Part shown: positions 11,101-23,700 of the stretch, one piece after another
Layout: every line of letters begins with the position of its first letter
Numbering within the stretch: the first letter of the stretch is position 1
Source: Eledone cirrhosa
Lineage: Eukaryota
Assembly (NCBI GenBank): GCA_964016885.1
Contig: OZ024740.1
Coordinates: 138,942,001 to 139,006,000 of the forward strand
Length of the DNA: 64,000 bases
Reading direction: 5' to 3'
The notes under the pieces: model-generated
What the model was told of the DNA's origin: nothing
Seen by the model: only the letters and a program-made list of their open reading frames with translations
The model's database searches: none
Translations under genes and position numbers: made by a program

Positions 11101-11620
11101 TGTCATTGTTGTTGTTAGTTTTGTAGTTGTTGTCATTGTTGTTGTTAGTCTTGTTATTGTTGTCATTGTTGCTGTTAGTCTTGTTGTTGTTGTCATTGTT
11201 GTTGTTATTCTTGTTCTTGTTGTCATTGTTGTGGTTAGTCTTGTTGTTGTTGTCATTGTTGTTGTTAGTCTTGTTGTTGTTGTTAGTATTGTTGTTGTTG
11301 TTATTGTTGTTGTTAATCTTCTTGTTGTTGTCATTGTTGCTGTTAGACTTCATGTTGTTGTCATTGTTGTTGTTAGTCTTGTTGTTGTTTTCATTGTTGT
11401 TGTTAGTCTTGTTGTTGTTGTCATTGTTGTTGTTAGTCTTGTTGTTGTTGTCATTGTTGTTATTAGTCTTGTTGTTGTCATTGTTGTTGTTAGTCTTGTT
11501 GTCATTGTTGTTGTTAGTCTTGTTGTTGTTAGTCTTGTTGTTGTTTTCATTGTTGTTGTTGACATTGTTGTTGTTAGATATGTTGTTGTTGTTATTATTG
11601 TTGTTAGTCTTGTTGTTGTT
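5190..11620. repeat. Higher-order duplication: ~5190-7960 repeated at ~8630-11620
   Basis: Shared rare variants in the same order: CATGTTGTTGTTAG (5205/8648), GTATTCATT (6005/9299), ATTTTTATTGTTAGTCTGG (7421/11078), GACATTGTTGTTGTTAGATAT (7904/11561); offsets 3.3-3.66 kb. Confidence 0.88.
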
Positions 11621-14600
11621 GTCATTGTTGTTGTTCGTCTTGTTGTTGTTGTTTGTCTTGTTGTTGTTGTCATTGTTGTTGTTCGTCTTGTTGTTGTTGT
11701 TAGTCTTGTTGTTGTTGTCATTGTTGTTGTTAGTCTTGTTGTTTTAATTGTTGTTGTTAGTTTTGTTGTTGTTGTCATTGTTGTTGTTAGTCTTATTGTT
11801 GTTGTTAGTCTTGTTGTTGTTGTCATTGTTGTTGTCATTGTTGTTGTTAGTCTTGTTGTTGTTGTCATTGTTGTTAGTCTTGTTGTTGTTGTTTTCATTG
11901 TTGTTGTTAGTCTTGTTGTTGTTGTCATTGTTGTTGTTAGTCTTGTTGTTAGTCTTGTTGTTGTTAGTCTTGTTGTTGTTGTCATTGTTGTTGTTAGTCT
12001 TCTTGTTGTTGTTAGTCTTGTTGTTGTTTTCATTGTTGTTGTTAGTCTTGTTGTTGTTGTCATTGTTGTTGTTAGTCTTGTTGTTGTTGTCATTGTTGTT
12101 GTTAGTCTTGTTGTTGTTGTCATTGTTATTGTTAGTGTTGTTGTTGTTGTCATTGTTGTTGTTAGTTTTGTTATTGTTGTCATTGTTGCTGTTAGTCTTG
12201 TTGTTGTCATTGTTGTTGTTAGTCTTGTTGTTGTTGTCATTGTTGTTGTTAGTCTTGTTGTTGTTGTCATTGTTGTTGTTACTCTTGTTGTTGTTGTCAT
12301 TGTTGTGGTTAGTCTTGTTGTTGTTGTCATTATTGTTGTTAGTTTTGTTATTGTTGTCATTGTTGCTGTTAATCTTGTTGTTGTCATTGTTGTTGTTAGT
12401 CTTGTTGTTGTTGTCATTGTTGTTGTTAGTATTGTTGTTGTTGTCATTATTGTTGTTAGTCTTGTTGTTGTTGTCATTGTTGTTATTAGTCTTGTTATTG
12501 TTTTCATTGTTGCTGTTAGTCTTGTTGTTGTCATTGTTGTTGTTAGTCTTGTTGTTGTTGTCATTGTTGTTGTTAGTCTTGTAGTTGTTTTCATTGTTGT
12601 TGTTAGTCTTGTTGTTGTTGTCATTGTTGTTGTTAGTCTTGTTGTTGTTGTCATTATTGTTGTTAGTCTTGTTATTGTTGTCATTGTTGCTGTTAGTCTT
12701 GTTGTTGTTGTCATTGTTGTTGTTAGTCTTGTTGTTGTTGTCATTGTTGTTGTTAGTCTTGTTGTTGTTGTCATTATTGTTGTTAGTCTTGTTGTTGTTG
12801 TCATTGTTGTTGTTAGTCTTGTTGTTGTTGTCATTGTTACTGTTAGTCTTGTTGTTATTGTGATTGTTGTTGTTAATCTTGTTGTTGTTGTCATTGTTGC
12901 TGTTAGTCTTGTTGTTATTGTGATTGTTGTTGTTAGTCTTGTTGTTGTTGTCATTGTTGTTGTTAGTCTTGTTGTTGTTGTCATTTTTGTTGTTAGTCTG
13001 GTTGTTGTCATCGTTGTTGTTAGTCTTGTAGTTGTTGTCATTGTTGTTGTTAGTCTTGTTATTGTTGTCATTGTTGCTGTTAGTCTTGTTGTTGTTGTCA
13101 TTGATGTTGTTAGTCTTGTTGTTGTTGTCATTTTTGTTGTTAGTCTGGTTGTTGTCATTGTTGTTGTTAGTCTTGTAGTTGTTGTCATTGTTGTTGTTAG
13201 TCTTGTTATTGTTGTCATTGTTGCTGTTAGTCTTGTTGTTGTTGTCATTGTTGTTGTTAGTCTTGTTGTTGTTGTCATTGTTGTTGTTAGTCTTGTTGTT
13301 GTTGTCATTGTTGTTGTTAGTCTTGTTGTTGTTGTCATTGTTGTTATTAGTCTTGTTGTTGTTGTCATTGTTGTTGTTAGTCTTGTTGTTGTTGTCATTG
13401 TTGTTGTTAGTCTTGTTGTTGTTGTCATTGTTGTTGTTAGTCTTGTTGTTGTTGTCATTGTTGTTGTTAGTCTTGTTGTTGATGTCATTGTTGTTGTTAG
13501 TTTTGTTGTTGTTAGTCTTGTTGTTGTTTTCATTGTTGTTGTTAGTCTTGTTGTTGTTGTCATTGTCGTTGTTAGTCTTGTTGTTGTTGTCATTTTTGTT
13601 GTTATTCTTGTTGTTGTTAGTCTTGTTGTTGTCATTGTTTTTGTTAGTCTTGTTGTTGTTGTCTTTGTTGTTGTTAGTCTTGTTGTTGTTGTCAGTGTTG
13701 TTGTTAGTATTGTTGTTGTTAGTCTTGTTGTTGTTGTCATTTTTGTTGTTTTCATTGTTGTTGTTAGTCTTGTTGTTGTTGTCATTGTTGTTGTTAGTCT
13801 TGTTGTTGGTGTCATTGTTGCTGTTAGTCTTGTTGTTGTTATCATTGTTGCTGTTAGTCTTGTTGTTGTTTTCATTTTTGTTGTTAATCTTGTTGTTGTT
13901 AGTCTTGTTGTTGCTGTCATTGTTGCTGTTAGTCTTGTTGTTGTTGTCATTGTTGCTGTTAGTCTTTTTGTTGTTGTCATTGTTGTTGTTAGTCTTGTTG
14001 TTGTTAGTCTTGTTGTTGTTTTCATTGTTGTTGTTAGTCTTGTTGTTGTTGTGATGTTGTTAGTCTTGTTGTTGTTGTCATTGTTGTTGTTAGTCTTGTT
14101 GTTGTTGTCATTGTTGTTGTTAGTCTTGATGTTTTAATTGTTGTTGTTAGTCTTGTTGTTGTTGTCATTGTTGTTGTTAGTCTTATTGTTGTTGTTAGTC
14201 TTGTTGTTGTTTTCATTGGTGTTGTTAGTCTTGTTGTTGTTGTCATTGTTGTTGTCATTATTGTTGTTAGTCTTGTTATTGTTGTCATTGTTGCTGTTAG
14301 TCTTGTTGTTGTCATTGTTGTTGTTAGTCTTGTTGTTGTTGTCATTGTTGTTAGTCTTGTTGTTGTTATTAGTCTTGTTGTTGTTTTCATTGTTGTTATT
14401 AGTCTTGTTGTTGTTGTCATTGTTGTTGTTAGTCTTGTTGTTGTTGTTATTGTTATTGTTAGTGCTGTTGTTGTTGTCATTGTTGTTGTTATTCTTGTTG
14501 TTGTTGTCATTGTTGTTGTTAGTGTTGTTGTTGTTGTCATTGTTGTTGTTAGTCTTGTTGTTGTTGTCATTGTTGTGGTTAGTCTTGTTGTTGTTGTCAT

Positions 14601-17600
14601 TATTGTTGTTAGTTATGTTATTGTTGTCATAGTTGCTGTTAGTCTTGTTGTTGTCATTGTTGTTGTTAGTCCTGTTGTTGTTGTCATTGTTGTTGTTAGT
14701 CTTGTTGTTGTTGTCATTATTGTTGTTAGTCTTGTTGTTGTTGTCATTGTTGTTGTTAGTCTTGTTATTGTTGTCATTGTTGCTGTTAGTATTGTTGTTG
14801 TCATTGTTGTTGTTGTCATTGTTGTTGTTAGTCTTCTTGTTGTTAGTCTTGTTGTTGTTAGTCTTGTTGGTGTTGTATTAGTTGTTGTTAGACTTGTTGA
14901 TGTTAGTCTTGTTGTTGTTGTCCTTTTTGTTCTCATTGTTGTTGTTAGTCTTGTTGTTGTTAGTCTTGTTGTTGGTGTCATTGTTGCAGTAAGTCTTGTT
15001 GTTGTTGTCATTGTTGCTGTTAATCTTGTTGTTGTTTTCATTTTTGTTGTTAATCTTGTTGTTGTTAGTCTTGTTGTTGTTGTTAGTCTTGTTGCTGTTG
15101 TCATTGTTGTTGTTAGTCTTCTTGTTGTTGTCATTGTTGTTGTTAGTCTTGTTGTTGTTGTCATTGTTGTTGTTAGTCTTGTCGTTGTTGTTATTGTTGT
15201 TGTTAGTCTTGTTGTTTTTGTCATTGTTGCTGTTAGTCTTGTTGTTGTTGTCATTGTTGTTGTTAATCGCGTTGTTGTTGTCATTGTTTTTGTTAGTCTT
15301 TTTGTTGTTGTAATTGTTGCTGTTAGTCTTGTTGTTGTTGTCACTGTTGCTGTTAGTCTTTTTGTTGTTGTCATTGTTGTTGTTAGTCTTGTTGTTGTTG
15401 TCATTGTTGCTGTTAGTCTTGTTGTTGTTGTCATTGTTGTTGTTAATCTCGTTGTTGTTGTCATTGTTGTTGTTAGTCTTCTTGTTGTTGTCATTGTTGC
15501 TGTTAGTCTTGTTGTTTTTGTCATTGTTGTTGTTAGTCTTGTTGTTGTTGTCATTGTTGTTGTTAATCTCGTTGTTGTTGTCATTGTTGTTGTTAGTCTT
15601 GTTGTTGTTGTCATTGTTGTTGTTAGTCTTGTTGGTGTTGTCATTGTTGTTGTTAATCTCGTTGTTGTTGTCATTGTTGTTGTTAGTCTTGTTGTTGTTG
15701 TCACTGTTGCTGTTAGTCTTGTTGTTGTTGTCATTGTTGTTGTTAGTCTTGTTGTTGTTGTCATTGTTGCTGTTAGTCTTGTTGTTGTTGTCATTGTTGT
15801 TGTTAGTCTTGTTGTTGTTGTCATTGTTGTTGTTAATCTCGTTGTTGTTGTCATTGTTGTCGTTGGTCTTGTTGTTGTTGTCATTGTTGTTGTTAGTCTT
15901 GTTGTTGTTGTCATTGTTGTTGTTAATCTCGTTGTTGTTGTTATTGTTATTGTTAGTCTTGTTGTTGTTGTCATTGTTGCTGTTAGTCTTGTTGTTGTTG
16001 TCATTGTTGTTGTTAGTCTTGTTGTTGTTGTCATTGTTGTTGTTAGCCTTGTTGTTGTTGTCATTGTTGCTGTTAGTCTTGTTGTTGTTTTCATTTTTGT
16101 TGTTAATTTTGTTGTTGTTAGTCTTGTTGTTAGTCTTCTTGTTGTTGTCATTATTGTTGTTAGTCTTGTTGTTGTTGTCATTGTTGTTGTTAGTCTTGTT
16201 GTTGTTGTCAGTGTTGTTGTTAGTATTGTTGATGTTAGTCTTGTTGTTGTTGTCATTTTTGTTGTTGTCATTGTTGTTATTAATCTTGTTGTTAGTCTTG
16301 TTGTTGTTGTCATTATTGTAATTAGTCTTGTTGTTGTTAGTCTTGTTGTTGTTGCAATTGTTGCTGTTAGTCTTGTTGTTGTTGTCATTGTTGCTGTTAG
16401 TCTTTTTGTTGTTGCAATTGTTGCTGTTAGTCTTGTTGTTGTTGTTAGTCTTGTTGTTGTTGTCATTGTTGTTGTTAGTCTTGTTGTTGTTGTCTTTGTT
16501 GCTGTTAGTCTTGTTGTTGTTGTCATTGTTGTTGTTAGTCTTGTTGTTGTTTTCATTATTGTTGTTAATCTTGTTGTTGTTAGTCTTGTAGTTGTTGTCA
16601 TTGTTGCTGTTAATCTTGTTGTTGTTAGTCTTGTTGTTGTTGTCATTGTTGCTGTTAGTCTTGTTGTTGTTGTCATTGTTGCTGTTAGTCTTGTCGTTGT
16701 TGTCATTGTTGATGTTAGTCTTGTTGTTGTCATTGTTGCTGTTAGTCTTGTTGTTGTTAGTCTTGTTGTTGTTAGTCGTGTTGTTGTTGTCATTTTTGCT
16801 GTTAGTCTTGTTGTTGTTAGTCTTGTTGTTGTTGTCATTGTTGCTGTAAGTCTTGTTGTTGTTGTCATTGTTGCTGTTAGTCTTGTCGTTGTTGTCATTG
16901 TTGATGTTAGTCTTGTTGTTGTCATTGTTGCTGTTAGTCTTGTTTTTGTTAGTCTTGTTGTTGTTAGTCTTGTTGTTGTTCGTCGTGTTGTTGTTGTCAT
17001 TGTTGCTGTTAGTCTTGTTGTTGTTAGTCTTGTTGTTGTTGTCATTGTTGCTGTTAGTCTTGTTGTTGTTGTCATTGTTGTTGTTAGTCTTGTTGTTGTC
17101 ATTGTTGCTGTTAGTCTTGTTGTTGTTAGTCTTGCTGTTGTTAGTCTTGTTGTTGTTAGTCGTGTTGTTGTTGTCATTGTTGCTGTTAGTCTTGTTGTTG
17201 TTAGTCTTCTTGTTGTTGTCATTGTTGTATTTAGTCTTGTTGTTGTTGGTCGTGTTGTTGTTAGTCTTGTTGTTGTTGTCATTGTTGCTGTTAGTCTTGT
17301 TGTTGTTGGTCGTGTTGTTGTTAGTCTTGTTGTTGTTAGTCTTGTTGTTGTTGTCATTGTTGCTGTTAGTCTTGTTGTTGTTGTCATTGTTGCTGTTAGT
17401 CTTGTTGTTGTTAGTCGTGTTGTTGTTAGTCTTGTTGTTGTTAGTCTTGTTGTTGTTGTTGTCATTGTTGCTGTTAGTCTTTTTGTTGTTGTCATTGTTG
17501 TTGTTAGTCTTGTTGTTGTTAGTCTTGTTGTTGTTGTCATTGTTGTTGTTAGACTTGTTGTTGTTGTCATTGTTGCTGTTAGTCTTGTGCTTGTCATTGT

Positions 17601-20600
17601 TGCTGTTAGTCTTGTTGTTGTTAGTCTTGTTGTTGTTAGTCGTGTTGTTGTTAGTCTTGTTGTTGTTTGTCTTGTTGTTGTTGTTGTCATTGTTGCTGTT
17701 AGTCTTTTTGTTGTTGTCATTGTTGTTGTTAGTCTTGTTGTTCTTAGTCTTGTTGTTGTTGTCATTGTTGTTGTTTGTCTTGTTGTTGTTGTCATTGTTG
17801 TTGTTGTTAATCTCGTTGTTGTTGTCATTGTTGTTGTTAGTCTTGTTGTTGTTGTCATTGTTGTTGTTAGTTTGTTGTTGTTGTCATTGTTGCTGTTAGT
17901 CTTGTTGTTGTTAGTCTTGTTCTTGTTGTCATTGTTGAGTTAGTCTTGTTGTTGTTGTTGTCATTGTTGTTGTTAGTCTTGTTGTTGTCGTCATTGTTGT
18001 TGTTAGTCTTGTTGTTGTCATTGTTGTTGTTAGTCTTGTTGTTGTTGTCATTGTTGTTGTTAGTCTTGTTGTTGTTAGTCTTGTTGTTGTCATTGTTGTT
18101 GTTAGTCTTGTTGATGTTGTCATTGTCGATGTTAGTCTTGTTGTTGTTAGTGTTGTTGTTGTTAGTCTTGTTGTTGTCATTGTTGTTGTTAGTATTGTCG
18201 TGGTTGTCATTGTTGTTGTTACTCTTTTTGTTGTTGTCATTGTTGTTGTTAGTCTTGTTGTTGTTAGTCTTGTTGTTGTTTTCATTGTTGTTGTTAGTCT
18301 TGTTGTTGTTGTCATTGTTGTTGTTAGTCTTGTTGTTGTTGTCATTGTTGTTGTTAGTCTTGTTGTTGTTGTCATTGTTGTTGTTAGTCTTGTTGTTGTT
18401 GTCATCGTTGTTGTTAGTCTTGTTGTGTTGTCATTGTTTTTGTTAGTCTTGTTGTTGTTGTCATTGTTGTTGTTAGTCTTGTTGTTGTTTTCATTGTTGT
18501 TGTTAGTCTTGTTGTTGTTGTCATTGTTGTTGTTAGTCTTGTTGTTGTTGTCATTGTTGTTGTTAGTCTTGTTGTTGTTTTCATTGTTGTTGTTAGTCTT
18601 GTTGTTGTTGTCATTGTTGTTGTTAGTCTTGTTGTTGCAGTCATTGTTGTTGTTAGTCTTGTTGTTGTTGTCATTGTTGTTGTTAGTCTTGTTGTTGTTG
18701 TCATCGTTGTTGTTAGTCTTGTTGTTGTTGTTATTGTTGTTGTTAGTCTTGTTATTGTTGTCATTGTTGCTGTTACTCTTGTTGTTGTTGTCATTGTTGT
18801 TGTTAGTCTTGTTGTTGTTTTCATTGTTGTTGTTAGTCTTGTTGTTGTTGTCATTGTTGTTGTTAGTCTTGTTGTTGTTGTTAGTCTTGTTGTTGTTGTC
18901 ATTGTTGTTGTTAGTCTTGTTGTTGTTGTCATTGTTGTTGTTAGTCTTGTTGTTGTTGTCATTGTTGTTGTTAGTCTTGTTGTTGTCATTGTTGTTGTTA
19001 GTCTTGTGGTTGTTGTCATTGTTGTTGTTAGTCTTGTTGTTGTTAGTCTTGTTGTTGTTGTCATTGTTGTTGTTAGTCTTGTTGTTGTTGTCATTGTTGT
19101 TGTTAGTCTTGTTGTTGTTGTCATTGTTGTTGTTAGTATTGTTGTTGTCATTGTTGTTGTTAGTCTTGTTGTTGTGATTGTTGTTGTTAGTCTTGTTGTT
19201 GTTGTCATTGTTGCTGTTAGTCTTGTTATTGTTGTCATCGTTGCTGTTAGTCTTGTTGTTGTTGTCATTGTTGTTGTTGACATTGTTGTTGTTAGATATT
19301 TTGTTGTTGTTATTATTGTTGTTAGTCTTGTTGTTTTTGTCATTGTTGTTGTTAGTCTTCTTGTTGTTGTCATTGTTGTTGTTGTCATTGTTATTGCTTG
19401 TCTTGTTGCTGTTGTCATTGTTGTTGTTAGTCTTGTTGTTGTTGTCATTGTTGTTGTTAGTCTTGGTGTTGTTGTCATTGTTGTTGTTAGTCTTATTGTT
19501 GTTGTTAGTCTTGTTGTTGTTTTCATTGGTGTTGTTAGTCTTGTTGTTGTTGTCATTGTTGTTGTCATTATTGTTGTTAGTCTTGTTATTGTTGTCATTG
19601 TTGCTGTTAGTCTTGTTGTTGTCATTGTTGTTGTTAGTCTTGTTGTTGTTGTCATTGTTGTTAGTATTGTTGTTGTTGTCATTGTTGTTGTTAGTCTTGT
19701 TGTTGTTTTCATTGTTGTTGTTAGTCTTGTTGTTGTTGTCATTGTTGTTGTTAGTCTTGTTGTTGTTGTTATTGTTATTGTTAGTGTTGTTGTTGTTGTC
19801 ATTGTTGTTGTTATTCTTGTTGTTGTTGTCATTGTTGTTGTTAGTCTTGTTGTTGTTGTCATTGTTGTTGTTAGTCTTGTTGTTGTTGTCATTGTTGTGG
19901 TTAGTCTTGTTGTTGTTGTCATTATTGTTGTTAGTTTTGTTATTGATGTCATTGTTGCTGTTAGTATTGTTGTTGTCATTGTTGTTGTTAGTCCTGTTGT
20001 TGTTGTCATTGTTGTTGTTAGTCTTGTTGTTGTTGTCATTATTGTTGTTAGTCTTGTTGTTGTTGTCATTGTTGTTGTTAGTCTTGTTATTGTTGTCATT
20101 GTTGCTGTTAGTCTTGTTGTTGTCATTGTTGTTGTTATTCTTGTTGTTGTTGTCATTGTTGTTGTTAGTCTTCTTGTTGTTAGTCTTCTTGTTGTTAGTC
20201 TTGTTGTTGTTGTCTTAGTTGTTGTTAGTCTTGTTGTTGTTGTCAGTGTTGTTGTTAGTATTGTTGTTGTTAGTCTTGTTGTTGTTGTCATTTTTGTTGT
20301 CATTGTTGTTGTTAGTCTTGTTGTTGTTAGTCTTGTTGTTGTTAGTATTGTTGTTGTCATTGTTGTTGTTAGTCTTGTTGTTGGTGTCGTTGTTGCTGTA
20401 AGTCTTGTTGTTGTTGCCATTGTTGCTGTTAATCTTGTTGTTGTTTTCATTTTTGTTGTTAATCTTGTTGTTGTTAGTCTTGTTGTTGTTGTCATTGTTG
20501 CTGTTAGGCTTGTTGTTGTTGTCATTGTTGCTGTTAGTCTTGTTGTTGTTGTTGTCATTGTTGCTGTTAGTCTTGTTGTTGTTGTCATTGTTGCTGTTAG

Positions 20601-22339
20601 TCTTCTTGTTGTTGTCATTGTTGTTGTTAGTCTTGTTGTTGTTGTCATTGTGTGTTGTTAGTCTTCTTGTTGTTGTCATTGTTGCTGTTAGTCTTGTTGT
20701 TTTTGTCATTGTTGTTGTTAGTCTTGTTGTTGTTGTCATTGTTGTTGTTAATCTCGTTGTTGTTGTCATTGTTGTTGTTAGTCTTGTTGTTGTTGTCATT
20801 GTTGTTGTTAGTCTTGTTGTTGTTGTCATTGTTGTTGTTAATCTCGTTGTTGTTGTCATTGTTGTTGTTAGTCTTGTTGTTGTTGTAATTGTTGCTGTTA
20901 GTCTTGTTGTTGTTGTCATTGTTGTTGTTAGTCTTGTTGTTGATGTCATTGTTGCTGTTAGTCTTGTTGTTGTTGTCATTGTTGTTGTTAGTCTTGTTGT
21001 TGTTGTCATTGTTGTTGTTAATCTCGTTGTTGTTGTCATTGTTGTTGTTAGTCTTGTTGTTGTTGTCATTGTTGTTGTTAGTCTTGTTGTTGTTGTCATT
21101 GTTGTTGTTAATCTCGTTGTTGTTGTCATTGTTGTTGTTAGTCTTGTTGTTGTTAGTCTTGTTGTTGTTGTCATTGTTGTTGTTAGCCTTGTTGTTGTTG
21201 TCATTGTTGCTGTTAGTCTTGTTGTTGTTTTCATTTTTGTTGTTAATCTTGTTGTTGTTAGTCTTGTTGTTAGTCTTGTTGTTGTTGTCATTATTGTTGT
21301 TAGTCTTCTTGTTGTTGTCATTGTTGTTGTTAGTCTCGTTGTTGTTGTTGTCAGTGTTGCTGTTAGTATTGTTGTTGTTAGTCTTGTTGTTGTTGTCATT
21401 TTTGTTGTTGTCATTGTTTTTATTAATCTTGTTGTTGTTAATCTTGTTGTTGTTGTCATTATTGTAATTAGTCTTGTTGTTGTTAGTCTTGTTGTTGTTA
21501 GTCTTGTTGTTGTTGCAATTGTTGCTGTTAGTCTTGTTGTTGTTGTCATTGTTGCTGTTAGTCTTTTTGTTGTTGCAATTGTTGCTGTTTGTCTTGTTGA
21601 TGTTGTTAGTCTTGTTGTTGTTGTCATTGTTGTTATTAGTCTTGTTGTTGTTGTCATTGTTGCTGTTAGTCTTTTTGTTGTTGCAATTGTTGCTGTTAGT
21701 CTTGTTGTTGTTAGTCTGTTGTTGTTGTCATTGTTGCTGTTAGTCTTGTTGTAGTTGTCATTGTTGCTGTTAGTCATGTTGTTGTTAGTCTTGTTGTTGT
21801 TGTCATTGTTGTTGTTAGTCTTGTTGTTGATTTCATTTTTATTGTTAATCTTGTTGTTGTTAGTCTTGTAGTTGTTGTCATTGTTGCTGTTAGTCTTTTT
21901 GTTGTTGTCTTTGTTGTTGTTAGTCTTGTTGTTGTCATTGTTGCTGTTAGTCTTGTTGTTGTTAGTCTTGTTGTTGTTAGTCTTGTTGTTGTTAGTCGTG
22001 TTGTTGTTGTCATTGTTGCTGTTAGTCTTGTTGTTGTTAGTCTTGTTGTTGTTGTCATTGTTGCTGTTAGTCTTGTTGTTGTTGTCATTGTTGCTGTTAG
22101 TCTTGTCGTTGTTGTCATTGTTGATGTTAGTCTTGTTGTTGTCATTGTTGCTGTTAGTCTTGTTGATGTTAGTCTTGTTGTTGTTAGTCGTGTTGTTGTT
22201 AGTCGTGTTGTTGTTGTCATTGTTGCTGTTAGTCTTGTTGTTGTTAGTCTTGTTGTTGTTGTCATTGTTGCTGTTAGTCTTGTTGTTGTTGTCATTGTTG
22301 TTGTTAGTCTTGTTGTTGTCATTGTTGTTGTTAGTCTTG

Positions 22340-23700
22340 TTGTTGTTAGTCTTGTTGTTGTTAGTCTTGTTGTTGTTAGTCGTGTTGTTGTTGTCATTGT
22401 TGCTGGTAGTCTTGTTGTTGTTAGTCTTGTTGTTGTTGTCATTGTTGTATTTAGTCTTGTTGTTGTTGGTCGTGTTGTTGTTAGTCTTGTTGTTGTTGTC
22501 TTTGTTGCTGTTAGTCTTGTTGTTGTTGGTCGTGTTGTTGTTAGTCTTGTTGTTGTTAGTCTTGTTGTTGTTGTCATTGTTGCTGTTAGTCTTGTTGTTG
22601 TTGTCAATGTTGCTGTTAGTCTTGTTGTTGTTAGTCTTGTTGTTGTTAGTCTTGTTGTTGTTAGTCTTGTTGTTGTTAGTCTTGTTGTTGTTGTCCTTGT
22701 TGTTGTTAGACTTGTTGTTGTTGTCATTGTTGCTGTTAGTCTTGTTGTGGTTGTCATTGTTGCTGTTAGTCTTGTTGTTGTTAGTCTTGTTGTTGTTAGT
22801 CGTGTTGTTGTTAGTCTTGTTGTTGTTAGTCTTGTTGTTGTTGTTGTCATTGTTGCTGTTAGTCTTTTTGTTGTTGTCATTGTTGTTGTTAGTCTTGTTG
22901 TTCTTAGTCTTGTTGTTGTTGTCATTGTTGTTGTTTGTCTTGTTGTTGTTGTCATTGTTGTTGTTAATCTCGTTGTTGTTGTCATTGTTGTTGTTAGTCT
23001 TGTTGTTGTTGTCATTGTTGTTGTTAGTCTTGTTGTTGTTGTCATTGCAGTTGTTAATCTCGTTGTTGTTCTCATTGTTGTTGTTATTCTTGTTGTTGTT
23101 GTCATTGTTGCTGTTAGTCTTGTTGTTGTTAGTCTTCTTGTTGTTAGTCTTGTTGTTGTTAGTCGTGTTGTTGTTGTCATTGTTGCTGTTAGTCTTGTTG
23201 TTGTTAGCCTTGTTGTTGTTGTCATTGTTGTATTTAGTCTTGTTGTTGTTGGTCGTGTTGTTGTTAGTCTTGTTGTTGTTGTCTTTGTTGCTGTTAGTCT
23301 TGTTGTTGTTGGTCGTGTTGTTGTTAGTCTTGTTGTTGTTAGTCTTGTTGTTGTTGTCATTGTTGCTGTTAGTCTTGTTGTTGTTGTCAATGTTGCTGTT
23401 AGTCTTGTTGTTGTTAGTCTTGTTGTTGTTAGTCTTGTTGTTGTTAGTCTTGTTGTTGTTGTCCTTGTTGTTGTTAGACTTGTTGTTGTTGTCATTGTTG
23501 CTGTTAGTCTTGTTGTGGTTGTCATTGTTGTTGTTAGTCTTGTTGTTGTTAGTCTTGTTGTTGTTAGTCGTGTTGTTGTTAGTCTTGTTGTTGTTAGTCT
23601 TGTTGTTGTTGTTGTCATTGTTGCTGTTAGTCTTTTTGTTGCTGTCATTGTTGTTGTTAGTCTTGTTGTTCTTAGTCTTGTTGTTGTTGTCATTGTTGTT
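22340..23700. repeat. Local tandem duplication with ~783-bp period
   Basis: GTATTTAGTC at 22447 and 23230; GTCAATGTTGCT, GTCCTTGTTGTTGTTAGAC and GTTCTTAGTC each recur in the same order. Confidence 0.85.
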
